Position numbers and translations under genes: made by a program. 64,000 bases of DNA from the NCBI GenBank assembly GCA_965261435.1, contig CBDHDL010000021.1, forward strand, positions 47,132 to 111,131, given 5' to 3'. The notes below the pieces were generated by a model. It was given only the letters and a program-made list of their open reading frames with translations. It was not told the DNA's origin and made no database searches. Source of the DNA: Candidatus Poribacteria bacterium (lineage in GTDB: Bacteria > Poribacteria > WGA-4E > WGA-3G). Numbering within the stretch: position 1 is the first letter of the stretch; each line of letters opens with the position of its first letter. Positions 39,567-47,879 of the stretch are shown piece after piece.

Positions 39567-40907
39567 ATGTCCAAATCAATACCAGAACCAGCAACAGCAG
39601 GAATAGAGTCAAAGGATACAACTGTTGGAAGTGTCTTTGTATCTAATTATCCGCCCTATTCCACATGGAATGATTCCACAGTACCTGAAGTCCACACCGT
39701 TTTGTCCGAGAAACCACGCAAAGATGCAACTCTCGGTTTGTATATGCACATCCCATTTTGTCGTAAACGGTGTAAATTCTGCTACTTTCGTGTATACACA
39801 GATAAGAACAGTTCAGAAATTGATACTTACCTGAACGCGCTTGCAAAAGAAGTTGAACTCTACAGTAGACAACCTGCTATTGCAGATAGACCTTTACACT
39901 TTGTCTATTTCGGCGGAGGTACCCCCTCATATATCAGTGTAAAACACTTAACCAACTTGGTAGACCGCGTTAAAAAGGTACTTCCTTGGGATAATGCGGA
40001 AGAGGTTGCATTTGAATGTGAACCAGGAACACTCACGAAGAAGAAATTGGAAGCTATCAAATCAATTGGTGTCACAAGATTAAGTCTTGGTGTTGAGAAT
40101 CTGAATGATGAGATACTGGCTGAAAACGGTAGAGCACATCTATCAAAAGAGGTATATCGCATCGCCCCTTGGATAAAAGATCTTCAATTTGATCAAGTAA
40201 ATATTGACCTAATTTCTGGTATGATTGGTGAAACATGGGACAGTTGGCGGGATACTGTTAGAAAAACAATCGATCTTGATCCAGACAGTATTACAGTTTA
40301 TCAACTTGAATTACCTTTCAATACGGTGTATTCAAAGGATATACTCGGTGGTGATGCATTACCTGTAGCAGATTGGAAACTCAAGCGTGAGTGGCATCAA
40401 TATGCCTTTGAACAGTTCGCAAAAGCGGGTTATGACCAATCCAGTGCGTATACCGTTATTAAGAAAGACCAACCGCCTAAGTTTGTGTATCGTGATGCTG
40501 TCTGGCAGGGAAGTGATATGATAGGAACAGGAGTCGCTTCTTTCTCACATCTCAGTGGAATTCATTTCCAGAATGCGCCCTCTTGGGGAGACTATCTTGG
40601 AAAACTTGAAGTGGATGAACTCCCAATATACCGGGCTTTAAAACCTACTGAAACAGAAAAACTGACACGTGAAATGATCCTACAACTGAAACTTGGGAAA
40701 ATCAATCCGTCCTATTTTCACACGAAGTTCAACTCAGATATCCTGTCGGAATATGGAGATGCATATTCCAAACTACAGAACGATGGGATGCTGATTGTAA
40801 ACGCAGAGTCTGATGAAATAAGATTGACCCAGCGTGGTTTGCTAAGGGTTGATAGTCTACTACCTGCTTTTTATGCCCCCGAATATCAGAATACAAGATA
40901 TACTTAG
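39567..40907 (+). CDS. radical SAM protein, HemN-like (coproporphyrinogen-III oxidase family)
   Basis: HIPFCRKRCKFCYF CxxxCxxC cluster motif, GGGTPS, 446 aa with a HemN-like C-terminal domain. Confidence 0.85.
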   Translation: MSKSIPEPATAGIESKDTTVGSVFVSNYPPYSTWNDSTVPEVHTVLSEKPRKDATLGLYMHIPFCRKRCKFCYFRVYTDKNSSEIDTYLNALAKEVELYSRQPAIADRPLHFVYFGGGTPSYISVKHLTNLVDRVKKVLPWDNAEEVAFECEPGTLTKKKLEAIKSIGVTRLSLGVENLNDEILAENGRAHLSKEVYRIAPWIKDLQFDQVNIDLISGMIGETWDSWRDTVRKTIDLDPDSITVYQLELPFNTVYSKDILGGDALPVADWKLKREWHQYAFEQFAKAGYDQSSAYTVIKKDQPPKFVYRDAVWQGSDMIGTGVASFSHLSGIHFQNAPSWGDYLGKLEVDELPIYRALKPTETEKLTREMILQLKLGKINPSYFHTKFNSDILSEYGDAYSKLQNDGMLIVNAESDEIRLTQRGLLRVDSLLPAFYAPEYQNTRYT

Positions 40908-40946
40908 GACATACAAAATGTTTCTTTGAAAAATGAGGACCAATTT

Positions 40947-41213
40947 ATGGATATCAAACTTATTCATTCAGATCCTTCAATTATGATGGGAAAACCTGTT
41001 ATAGTCGGAACACGGATTACTGTTGAACTAATATTAGAAAAACTCGCTGCGGGAGAGACAATTCAACAACTCCTTGATGAATATTCCAGATTGACCCACG
41101 ATAGTGTGTCTGCAGCTATCTATTTTGCTGCGCAAGCACTTCGTTCAGATATTGTTTATCCTATACTTGAAGAGGATTGTGGAAACCCATCTCAACACAA
41201 TGCAATTAAATAA
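40947..41213 (+). CDS. DUF433-like small protein (antitoxin-like)
   Basis: IMMGKPVIVGTRITVELILEKLAAGETIQQLLDEY pattern. GAGGA lies 7 nt upstream of the chosen ATG. Confidence 0.65.
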   Translation: MDIKLIHSDPSIMMGKPVIVGTRITVELILEKLAAGETIQQLLDEYSRLTHDSVSAAIYFAAQALRSDIVYPILEEDCGNPSQHNAIK

Positions 41214-42462
41214 GAATCTACATCTCTTCCGTGAGATGTTACAGGAAATATTAAAAACAAACACTTTCTACAAACAAAAACTCACCGAAGCGGGCATCAC
41301 TCATCCAAATGATGTACAGTCTATAGAAGACTATCAACAACTACCTTTTACGACGAAAGACGAACTCAGTGAGGATCAAGTATCTCATCCACCTTACGGA
41401 ACTAATCTCACCTATCCATTAGAACACTATACTTGTCTTCACCAGACATCTGGCACAACCGGATCACCTCTAAGGTGGTTAGATACAAGAGAATCGTGGG
41501 ATTGGTGGGGTAAATGTTGGCGAGACATCTATGATGCAGCAGGTGTTACGTCATCAGACCGTCTCATGATGGCTTTTTCTTTTGGTCCATTTATTGGATT
41601 CTGGAGTGCTTATCACGGTGCCCAGCAGCTTGGGGCACTTACAATTGCCAATGGTGGTTTCTCATCTGAACAGCGTCTACGTGTAATTCTAAGTAACGAT
41701 ATTACAGTGTTAGTTTGCACGCCTACTTACGCGCTCAGGCTTGCAGAAGTCGCAAAACAGTTAGAAATCAATCTCAACGAAGAATCTAAGATACGGGTGA
41801 CGATACACGCAGGTGAACCGGGTGCAAGCATACCGGCAACTAAACAGAGAATTGAAGACAGATGGGGGGCACGTGCTTATGACCACGCTGGCGCAACAGA
41901 GGTGGGGGCATGGGGTGTGATGTGCAATTCACAAAAAAGCGTCCACTTAAATGAGGATGAATTCATCTGTGAAGTACTTAATCCTGAGACTTGCAATCCG
42001 GCTGATGAGGGGGAGTTGGTCATAACCAATTTAGGACGCGTTGGCATGCCCGTTATCCGTTATCGTACGGGTGATTATGTTAAACTGAAGACGGTTGCAT
42101 GTTGTGGAAACAAACATCGTGCGCTTGATGGTGGTGTTATCGGAAGGTTAGACGATGCAATTATTATCAGAGGATTGAACGTATATCCCGCAACGATTGA
42201 AAACATCATCCTTCAGTTTCCCGATGTGCAAGAGTTTTCTGTCCGTACATATCGCACAGAAACGCTTGATGAACTTGAAGTCCAGATTGAATCTACGAGT
42301 CCAAATTCTTCTGACACTGCGGATGCTGTAGTTTCTGCTATCCGGGACACTTTGGGTTTGCGTGCTATCGTCAAAGTTGTGCCACAAGGTTCATTGCCGA
42401 GGTATGAGTTGAAGTCAAAACGATTTACGGATGAACGTCCATCCCAGCGGAAAACAGGATAA
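41200..42462 (+). CDS. phenylacetate-CoA ligase (PaaK)/F390-synthetase-family adenylating enzyme
   Basis: TSGTTGSPL AMP-binding motif, YRTGD, and ~420 aa from the internal Met (MQLNKNLHLF). The longer N-terminal extension overlaps the DUF433 gene. Confidence 0.8.
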   Translation: MQLNKNLHLFREMLQEILKTNTFYKQKLTEAGITHPNDVQSIEDYQQLPFTTKDELSEDQVSHPPYGTNLTYPLEHYTCLHQTSGTTGSPLRWLDTRESWDWWGKCWRDIYDAAGVTSSDRLMMAFSFGPFIGFWSAYHGAQQLGALTIANGGFSSEQRLRVILSNDITVLVCTPTYALRLAEVAKQLEINLNEESKIRVTIHAGEPGASIPATKQRIEDRWGARAYDHAGATEVGAWGVMCNSQKSVHLNEDEFICEVLNPETCNPADEGELVITNLGRVGMPVIRYRTGDYVKLKTVACCGNKHRALDGGVIGRLDDAIIIRGLNVYPATIENIILQFPDVQEFSVRTYRTETLDELEVQIESTSPNSSDTADAVVSAIRDTLGLRAIVKVVPQGSLPRYELKSKRFTDERPSQRKTG

Positions 42463-42496
42463 ATTTCCTGCTAATTGCATATCAAATTGGTTTACC

Positions 42497-42525
42497 TTGA
42501 CATTTAAATCCTTGGAGACTATAAT
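42497..42525 (+). promoter_or_regulatory. perfect sigma-70 consensus promoter upstream of the small-protein cassette
   Basis: TTGACA (42497..42502), a 17-bp spacer, and TATAAT (42520..42525), about 105 bp upstream of the 42631 start. Confidence 0.6.
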
Positions 42526-42630
42526 TGTCACATAACGAAAAACAATATAGCATCTACATTGAAGCAACAATTTGACTTATCAACACTGGTGTTGGCAATG
42601 CCTCTTAATTGCTTAGGAGTTGATGACTAA

Positions 42631-42828
42631 ATGGCAGACTATGAACTTGACGAAATTCACAGAATTCGAAAAGAAATCTCAGAGCGGTTTAAGCATGATG
42701 CTGAAAAATTGGGTACTTACTACCGAGCATTGGATGAAGAATTCCGGAAGGCAGGATATAAATTTGCAGATTTACCATCAGAAAAACCCGAAACTCCGAA
42801 ACAAGCAGGCAAAGAAGCTGCAGATTGA
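42631..42828 (+). CDS. small conserved protein, paralog 1 of 3 (65 aa)
   Basis: MADYELDEIHRIRKEISERF...; GGAG 9 nt upstream of the ATG. Two paralogs lie at 43384 and 43610. Confidence 0.7.
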   Translation: MADYELDEIHRIRKEISERFKHDAEKLGTYYRALDEEFRKAGYKFADLPSEKPETPKQAGKEAAD

Positions 42829-42902
42829 GCAGCTGCGAACTTTCTGTTTTCAACGGAAATACTGTTTCAATCCATTTACCTTGTTGATATACCTGATGAG
42901 GA

Positions 42903-43175
42903 ATGATTATGAAAAATCTTGATAACACATACGAACTTATTGCCGCGCGTGGCGAAGAACTCTATCAGATTGAAATACGGGACAAAGTTGAAGCAGCACA
43001 TAAAGGAAAGTTTTTGGTTGTTGATATTGATACAGGTGATTATGCTATTGCTGATGAAGATTTAGAAGCCACAGACCTTCTTCTTTCTAAACGTCCAACG
43101 GCTACTATTTACGGTCTACGAATTGGATTTCCTGCTGCCTATAGAATCGGCTTTAAGGTATTGAGCCCAACATAA
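42903..43175 (+). CDS. small protein of the type usually paired with a retropepsin-like protease
   Basis: 90-aa ORF (possibly starting at 42909, 7 nt after GAGGA). Its stop overlaps the next ATG (TAATG). Confidence 0.6.
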   Translation: MIMKNLDNTYELIAARGEELYQIEIRDKVEAAHKGKFLVVDIDTGDYAIADEDLEATDLLLSKRPTATIYGLRIGFPAAYRIGFKVLSPT

Positions 43176-43319
43176 TGATTAGAGGAAAAGTTAACAGGAA
43201 TAGAGAAGTTATCATTGAATTGGATATTGTTGGTTCAAATTTGCATGAGAAAATTGAAGCAATAATTGATATTAGATGTTATAAAAGATGGCGATGTTAC
43301 TATTGAGATATTAACCTAA
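43175..43319 (+). pseudogene. internally deleted remnant of a clan-AA (retropepsin-like) aspartic protease gene
   Basis: The N-terminal MIRGKVNRNREVIIELDIVGSNLHEKIEAIIDI breaks exactly where the D-T-G-F active site is expected. A shifted frame ends ...LDVIKDGDVTIEILT, which resembles the family C-terminus. Confidence 0.5.
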
Positions 43320-43383
43320 GTCTAATTTTCTGAAGGTAAGTGAAATATCACAGACTATTATCGTTGAAATGGTTAGGATTAAA

Positions 43384-43584
43384 ATGGCAGACTATGAAAT
43401 TGATGAAATTCGCAGAATTCGACGGGAAATCTCCGCGCGATTTGATCATGATGTTGACAAACTGATCGCTCACTATCAAGAATTAGAGAAAGAGTATCGT
43501 AAATCTGGCAAATATAAATTCGTGGATCCGCCAGATGAGAAACCCGAATCCACCAAATCAAGGGACGAAAAAGCGGCGGATTAA
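43384..43584 (+). CDS. small conserved protein, paralog 2 of 3 (66 aa)
   Basis: MADYEIDEIRRIRREISARFDHDVDKL...; aligns along its whole length with the other two. Confidence 0.7.
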   Translation: MADYEIDEIRRIRREISARFDHDVDKLIAHYQELEKEYRKSGKYKFVDPPDEKPESTKSRDEKAAD

Positions 43585-43609
43585 CACTATTTAAGAGTTA
43601 ACGACTAAA

Positions 43610-43807
43610 ATGACGAACTATGAAATTGATGAAATTCACAGAATTCGAAGGGAGATTTCTGCAAAGTTTGACCACGATGCTATGAAATTGGGTGAATACT
43701 ACCGGGAGTTAGAAAAAGAATTCCGGAAAGCAGGGTACAAATTTGCAGATTTACCACCAGAGAAACCCGAAACTCCGAAACCAGCAGGCAAAGAAGCTGC
43801 AGATTGA
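43610..43807 (+). CDS. small conserved protein, paralog 3 of 3 (65 aa)
   Basis: MTNYEIDEIHRIRREISAKFDHDAMKL...; the gene plus ~85 bp of 3' flank are near-identical to the copy at 42631..42910. Confidence 0.7.
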   Translation: MTNYEIDEIHRIRREISAKFDHDAMKLGEYYRELEKEFRKAGYKFADLPPEKPETPKPAGKEAAD

Positions 43808-44031
43808 GCAGCTACGAACTTTCTGTTTTTCAATGGAAATACTGTTTCAATCCATTTACCTTGTTGATATACCTGATTAGGAATGATTATGAGTGGCAAA
43901 TGTGCGGCATTTTACCCGTAGGATATTAAAACTGAATCAGGATTGAAGGAAAATGAAATTAGATATCGGAAATCCTATTGATCTTAACAATTCTGATCAA
44001 GTCTCCAATTGTTGAAACTCAAAATCACAAT

Positions 44032-45357
44032 ATGTACAGAGTAACAAAGATGAACAAACACCAAAACTACGATGTCATCGTCATCGGTGGGGGACCGGCA
44101 GGAAGCACTGCTGCGACACTCATCGCACAAAAAGGACAACGTGTTCTCCTTTTGGAACGCGATGGTGAACCTACATTCAAAATCGGCGAATCTTTAATCC
44201 CTGCTACATATTGGACTTTCAAACGACTCGGCATGCTGAACAAACTGAGAAGTAGCCACTTTCCGCAGAAGTATAGCGTTCAATTCTTTACACGCACCGG
44301 AAAATCTTCCGCGCCTTTCTATTTTTTTGAGACAAACCCGCATGAGAGTGCTGTAACATGGCAAGTATTACGAAGTGAATTTGATCAGTTGTTGTTGGAT
44401 AATGCAATTGAGAAGGGGGTTGAAGTACGAAGAGGTGTTAGTGTCCGTAAAGTGCTTTTTGACGGTGAAAAAGCAACTGGCGTTGTCGCACAAAATGGCA
44501 CTACATCGCAACAATCGTCCTCCAGACCAGATGGGAAGTCGAAAAACCTTGAAACAATTCACAGCACAGTCGTAGTTGATTCAACAGGTCAAAGGTCTCT
44601 CATAGGAAAACAGTTGAATTTAAACACCGTAGAACCTAACTTGAAGAAAGCATCCCTTTTTACACACTATGAAGGAGCACATCGCGACAAGGGTATTGAT
44701 GAGGGGGCTACACTCATCATGCACACTGAAGAAAAGGATTCCTGGTTTTGGTCAATTCCTTTACCTTACAACCGCACCAGTGTAGGTGTCGTAGGAGCGT
44801 TAGATTATCTTCTTCAAAGCCGAAGAGATTCTGATGGTAAACTCAATGCTCAAAACATTTTTGATGAGGAATTGGAAAAGTGTCAACCATTAAAGCAGCG
44901 TCTTAATGGTGCAAAGCAACTGTTCCCAATACAAACGACTAAAGACTTCTCATACCGCGCAAGCAAAATCGCAGGCGAAAACTGGGTGTTGATAGGGGAT
45001 GCGTTCGGTTTTTTAGACCCCGTCTATTCTACAGGTCTTTTCTTAGCACTAAAATCTGGAGAGATGGCCGCAGATGCTATTATTGAAGCATTTGATGAAA
45101 ACGACTTCTCTGAAACTCAACTCGGTAGTTTTGGTCAGAAGTTTGTTGATGGTATGGAAGCATTCCGTAAACTTGTCTATGCTTTTTATACGAAGGAATT
45201 TAGTTTTGGACGTTTTCTTTCTGAATATCCGGAACATCTCGGTGGGATCGTTGACATTTTGAGTGGAGATGTCTATCGCAGAGACGTAACACATATCTTT
45301 CCTGATATGTCAAAAATGTGCTATTTTCCACCAGAAGTACCATTGATGTCACAATAA
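44032..45357 (+). CDS. FAD-dependent oxidoreductase, probable flavin-dependent halogenase
   Basis: YDVIVIGGGPAGSTAA (GxGxxG), FKIGESLIP, SWFWSIPLP (the WxWxIP motif), and GDAFGFLDPVYSTG. The start is at 44032 or 44050. Confidence 0.75.
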   Translation: MYRVTKMNKHQNYDVIVIGGGPAGSTAATLIAQKGQRVLLLERDGEPTFKIGESLIPATYWTFKRLGMLNKLRSSHFPQKYSVQFFTRTGKSSAPFYFFETNPHESAVTWQVLRSEFDQLLLDNAIEKGVEVRRGVSVRKVLFDGEKATGVVAQNGTTSQQSSSRPDGKSKNLETIHSTVVVDSTGQRSLIGKQLNLNTVEPNLKKASLFTHYEGAHRDKGIDEGATLIMHTEEKDSWFWSIPLPYNRTSVGVVGALDYLLQSRRDSDGKLNAQNIFDEELEKCQPLKQRLNGAKQLFPIQTTKDFSYRASKIAGENWVLIGDAFGFLDPVYSTGLFLALKSGEMAADAIIEAFDENDFSETQLGSFGQKFVDGMEAFRKLVYAFYTKEFSFGRFLSEYPEHLGGIVDILSGDVYRRDVTHIFPDMSKMCYFPPEVPLMSQ

Positions 45358-45452
45358 AACAGAGTCTTTACTAATATCTTGGATGGCTTATCTGATAGAA
45401 CAGATAAGAGTTAAATCCAAATTCAAATGAAATTACACATATTGGAGTAACT

Positions 45453-46493
45453 ATGAAAGTCATTACAACATATTTCACTATTTTTTTTATGATACTCGCT
45501 TTATCTTTGTCAATGGGATGTGATAATAAGGATAAACAGAGTGCAGAAAATGAAAAAAGCGATACAAATGGTGAGCATATCAATGAGAAAAATACAGGTA
45601 GACGTTTCATCAGTATCGGTACAGCATCAAGTGGTGGTGCATTCTACAAAGTCGGATTAGCAATAGCAAACGTAGTTGAAAGCAATATAGAATTAGATTG
45701 GAAAGTCACTGCAGAATCTACTAAAGGCACGCAAGAAAACATCCGTCTACTCGTAAGTGATGATGGGAATCTGGAGTTTGCTCTTGCAAATGCAGCCATT
45801 TCTTATTTCGCTGTCCGCGGTGAAGGTGCGTGGAAAGAAGTGCAGCCAATTCGGTCAGTCATGACACTCGCGCCGAATATAGGTCTATTTGTAACAACGA
45901 AATCATCTGGGATAAAATCAATTGCTGATTTGAAAGGAAAGCGTGTAGTAGTTGGTCCAGCAGGAGCAGGTTTTGAGTATTTTTTAAAACCAGTTTTAGA
46001 AGAACACGGTGTTACATATCAAGATTTTACGCCGCTCAATGCGATTTACATTGCTGCAGCAGATATGTTAAAGGATGGTTCTGCGGATGCAGCATTTATG
46101 GGTGGCGCAATTCCTATCCCCGCAATTGAGTATGCATCTGCTACATTGGACATTTTATTTATTCCTTTTGTTGAGACAGCAATAGAATCTCTCGTCAAGA
46201 AATATCCATTCTTTGACAAGAGAACTATACCTACCGAATCCTACGAGAAAATCCTGACCGAACCGTTTGAATCTATAAATGTCGGTTCGATGCACTTAAT
46301 CACAGCTGCAAAGGTAGATGAAGAAACAGTTTACAATTTAACAAAGACTCTCTATACACACCGTGCTGAAGTTGTAAAAGCACACAGTGCAGGTAAAGCA
46401 ATCAACGAAAAGAATGTTGTAATAGATGTGGGGACGGAATTTCATCCAGGTGCAATCCGCTTCTATAAGGAGATAGGTATCTGGACAGAATAA
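45453..46493 (+). CDS. TAXI-family TRAP transporter solute-binding lipoprotein
   Basis: Lipobox LSLSMGC, ISIGTASSGGAFYKVG motif, 346 aa. Confidence 0.8.
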   Translation: MKVITTYFTIFFMILALSLSMGCDNKDKQSAENEKSDTNGEHINEKNTGRRFISIGTASSGGAFYKVGLAIANVVESNIELDWKVTAESTKGTQENIRLLVSDDGNLEFALANAAISYFAVRGEGAWKEVQPIRSVMTLAPNIGLFVTTKSSGIKSIADLKGKRVVVGPAGAGFEYFLKPVLEEHGVTYQDFTPLNAIYIAAADMLKDGSADAAFMGGAIPIPAIEYASATLDILFIPFVETAIESLVKKYPFFDKRTIPTESYEKILTEPFESINVGSMHLITAAKVDEETVYNLTKTLYTHRAEVVKAHSAGKAINEKNVVIDVGTEFHPGAIRFYKEIGIWTE

Positions 46494-46510
46494 TTTCTAC
46501 GAAAATCATT

Positions 46511-46539
46511 TGACACGTGTTTCTGTTAATGGTATTATA
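46511..46539 (+). promoter_or_regulatory. near-consensus sigma-70 promoter for the tRNA pair
   Basis: TTGACA (46511..46516), a 17-bp spacer, and TATTAT (46534..46539), 12 nt before the tRNA-Phe 5' end. Confidence 0.6.
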
Positions 46540-46551
46540 TTTAACCTGATG

Positions 46552-46624
46552 CCGAGATAGCTCAGTCGGTAGAGCAGTAGACTGAAAATCTATGTGTCGG
46601 CAGTTCGATTCTGCCTCTCGGCAT
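46552..46624 (+). tRNA. tRNA-Phe (GAA)
   Basis: Hand-folded cloverleaf: acceptor GCCGAGA/TCTCGGC, D arm GCTC/GAGC, anticodon loop CTGAAAA, T arm GGCAG-TTCGATT-CTGCC. CCA is not encoded. Confidence 0.9.
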
Positions 46625-46647
46625 TTTTTCTTTGCATTAATTTCAAG

Positions 46648-46719
46648 CCGGTGTAGCTCAGTGGAAGAGCAACTGATTCGTAATCAGTAGGTCGGAGGTT
46701 CAAATCCTCTCATCGGCTT
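46648..46719 (+). tRNA. tRNA-Thr (CGT)
   Basis: Hand-folded cloverleaf: acceptor GCCGGTG/CATCGGC, anticodon stem ACTGA/TCAGT, loop TTCGTAA, T arm GGAGG-TTCAAAT-CCTCT. Confidence 0.9.
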
Positions 46720-46793
46720 CTCTCATATTAGATCTGCGACTTAGTTTGCCTTCCTACGAAGCCTATTCAAGAAGAGTTTTTTTACACCGTATA

Positions 46794-47870
46794 TTACTCC
46801 ATCTTATTTTTTTCTGCTGCTATATCTTCTTCAAGTGACTTTATTATTGCATGAAAAGTCGCATGTGGTTCAAGTTTATATACTTTTCGGTACATCTCAA
46901 GTGCTTTCTGCTTATCAAAGAGAAAGCTCTCATATATTTCAGCCATCTCCTGCCAGGCTTGGACATTATTAGGGTCCAATTCTACGATCCTTTCATAAAC
47001 TTCGATTGCATCAGCGTAAGGTCGAGTGGCTGCTTCACGTTTCAAAGCTTCAGCACGTCTATATAACAGACCGATTAGTTCCCCAACTATCTCTGGCATA
47101 CCCGATTCTTGCTGGATTGCTTGTTCTAATAGCAGAATAGATTGGTTTTCAAGACGACTAATTTCTGACATATCTTCACTGGTAAGTTCTCTATCCAGAA
47201 ATCGATACCCTTGAAACATCTTATTGTAAGTGCGTGATAACTGAAGACGTGCCAGGATACCTACGGGTGCTTGTTCTGAAGGAATCTTGATAAAATTCGG
47301 ATCATTCTCTATTGCCTTCAAATAGTATTTTGAAGCTTCATCATATTGCTTATTTCCTTGATATAGAACTCCTATCAGATAATTTGCTTCAGAATGAGCA
47401 GGATTCTGCTTTAATACTTTCAAGAACTGCTCAGTAGCATCGCTTAATTCACCTTCATCACGATAGAACTTACCACTCCATAGAAGAACATCTACATGAT
47501 CAGGTTGAATAAAGGAAGCATGTTGTAGTCGAGATTTGGCATCTTTTAACCAATTGCTCTGTGAATAGATATCTGCTATTTTAAGGTTTACATGCAATCG
47601 TTCTTCTTTATTTTCATCCGTCTTTTCAGACTCTAAGGCATGCAATGCTTGCCAATATAGATATATTGCTCTTCCAAGGTTCTGTTCCTCATAATTCGCA
47701 TCTGCTTCAGATATTAATTCTGCAGCATCCTTGATTGAAGGTGTTTCTGGAGTTGCACCACCGCGTTGTGTGTGTATAAACGCAAACACCAGAAATCCTA
47801 TTATCGCAAAAATTTCGGTAAATAGAATCCAGTTGTTAGATAGGAATACATTCTTCTTTTTAGCTGCCAT
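46794..47870 (-). CDS. TPR-repeat membrane-anchored protein
   Basis: N-terminal TM helix followed by multiple 34-aa A..Y..A...P repeats. Confidence 0.75.
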   Translation of the reverse strand: MAAKKKNVFLSNNWILFTEIFAIIGFLVFAFIHTQRGGATPETPSIKDAAELISEADANYEEQNLGRAIYLYWQALHALESEKTDENKEERLHVNLKIADIYSQSNWLKDAKSRLQHASFIQPDHVDVLLWSGKFYRDEGELSDATEQFLKVLKQNPAHSEANYLIGVLYQGNKQYDEASKYYLKAIENDPNFIKIPSEQAPVGILARLQLSRTYNKMFQGYRFLDRELTSEDMSEISRLENQSILLLEQAIQQESGMPEIVGELIGLLYRRAEALKREAATRPYADAIEVYERIVELDPNNVQAWQEMAEIYESFLFDKQKALEMYRKVYKLEPHATFHAIIKSLEEDIAAEKNKME

Positions 47871-47879
47871 GTTTTTCTC

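Noticed and set aside
41104-41199. Longer 452-aa version of the PaaK-like ORF starting at 41104
   Set aside because: The extra 32 aa are hydrophobic nonsense that overlaps the DUF433 gene in another frame. The family-typical sequence begins after the internal Met at 41200.
42620-42928. 100-aa plus-strand ORF and 79-aa minus-strand ORF overlapping small-protein paralog 1
   Set aside because: These are alternative frames of a region where the 65-aa frame is supported by two paralogs and an RBS.
45371-45610. 79-aa minus-strand ORF overlapping the TAXI gene start
   Set aside because: It is antisense to the signal-peptide region of a well-supported gene and shows no independent signals.
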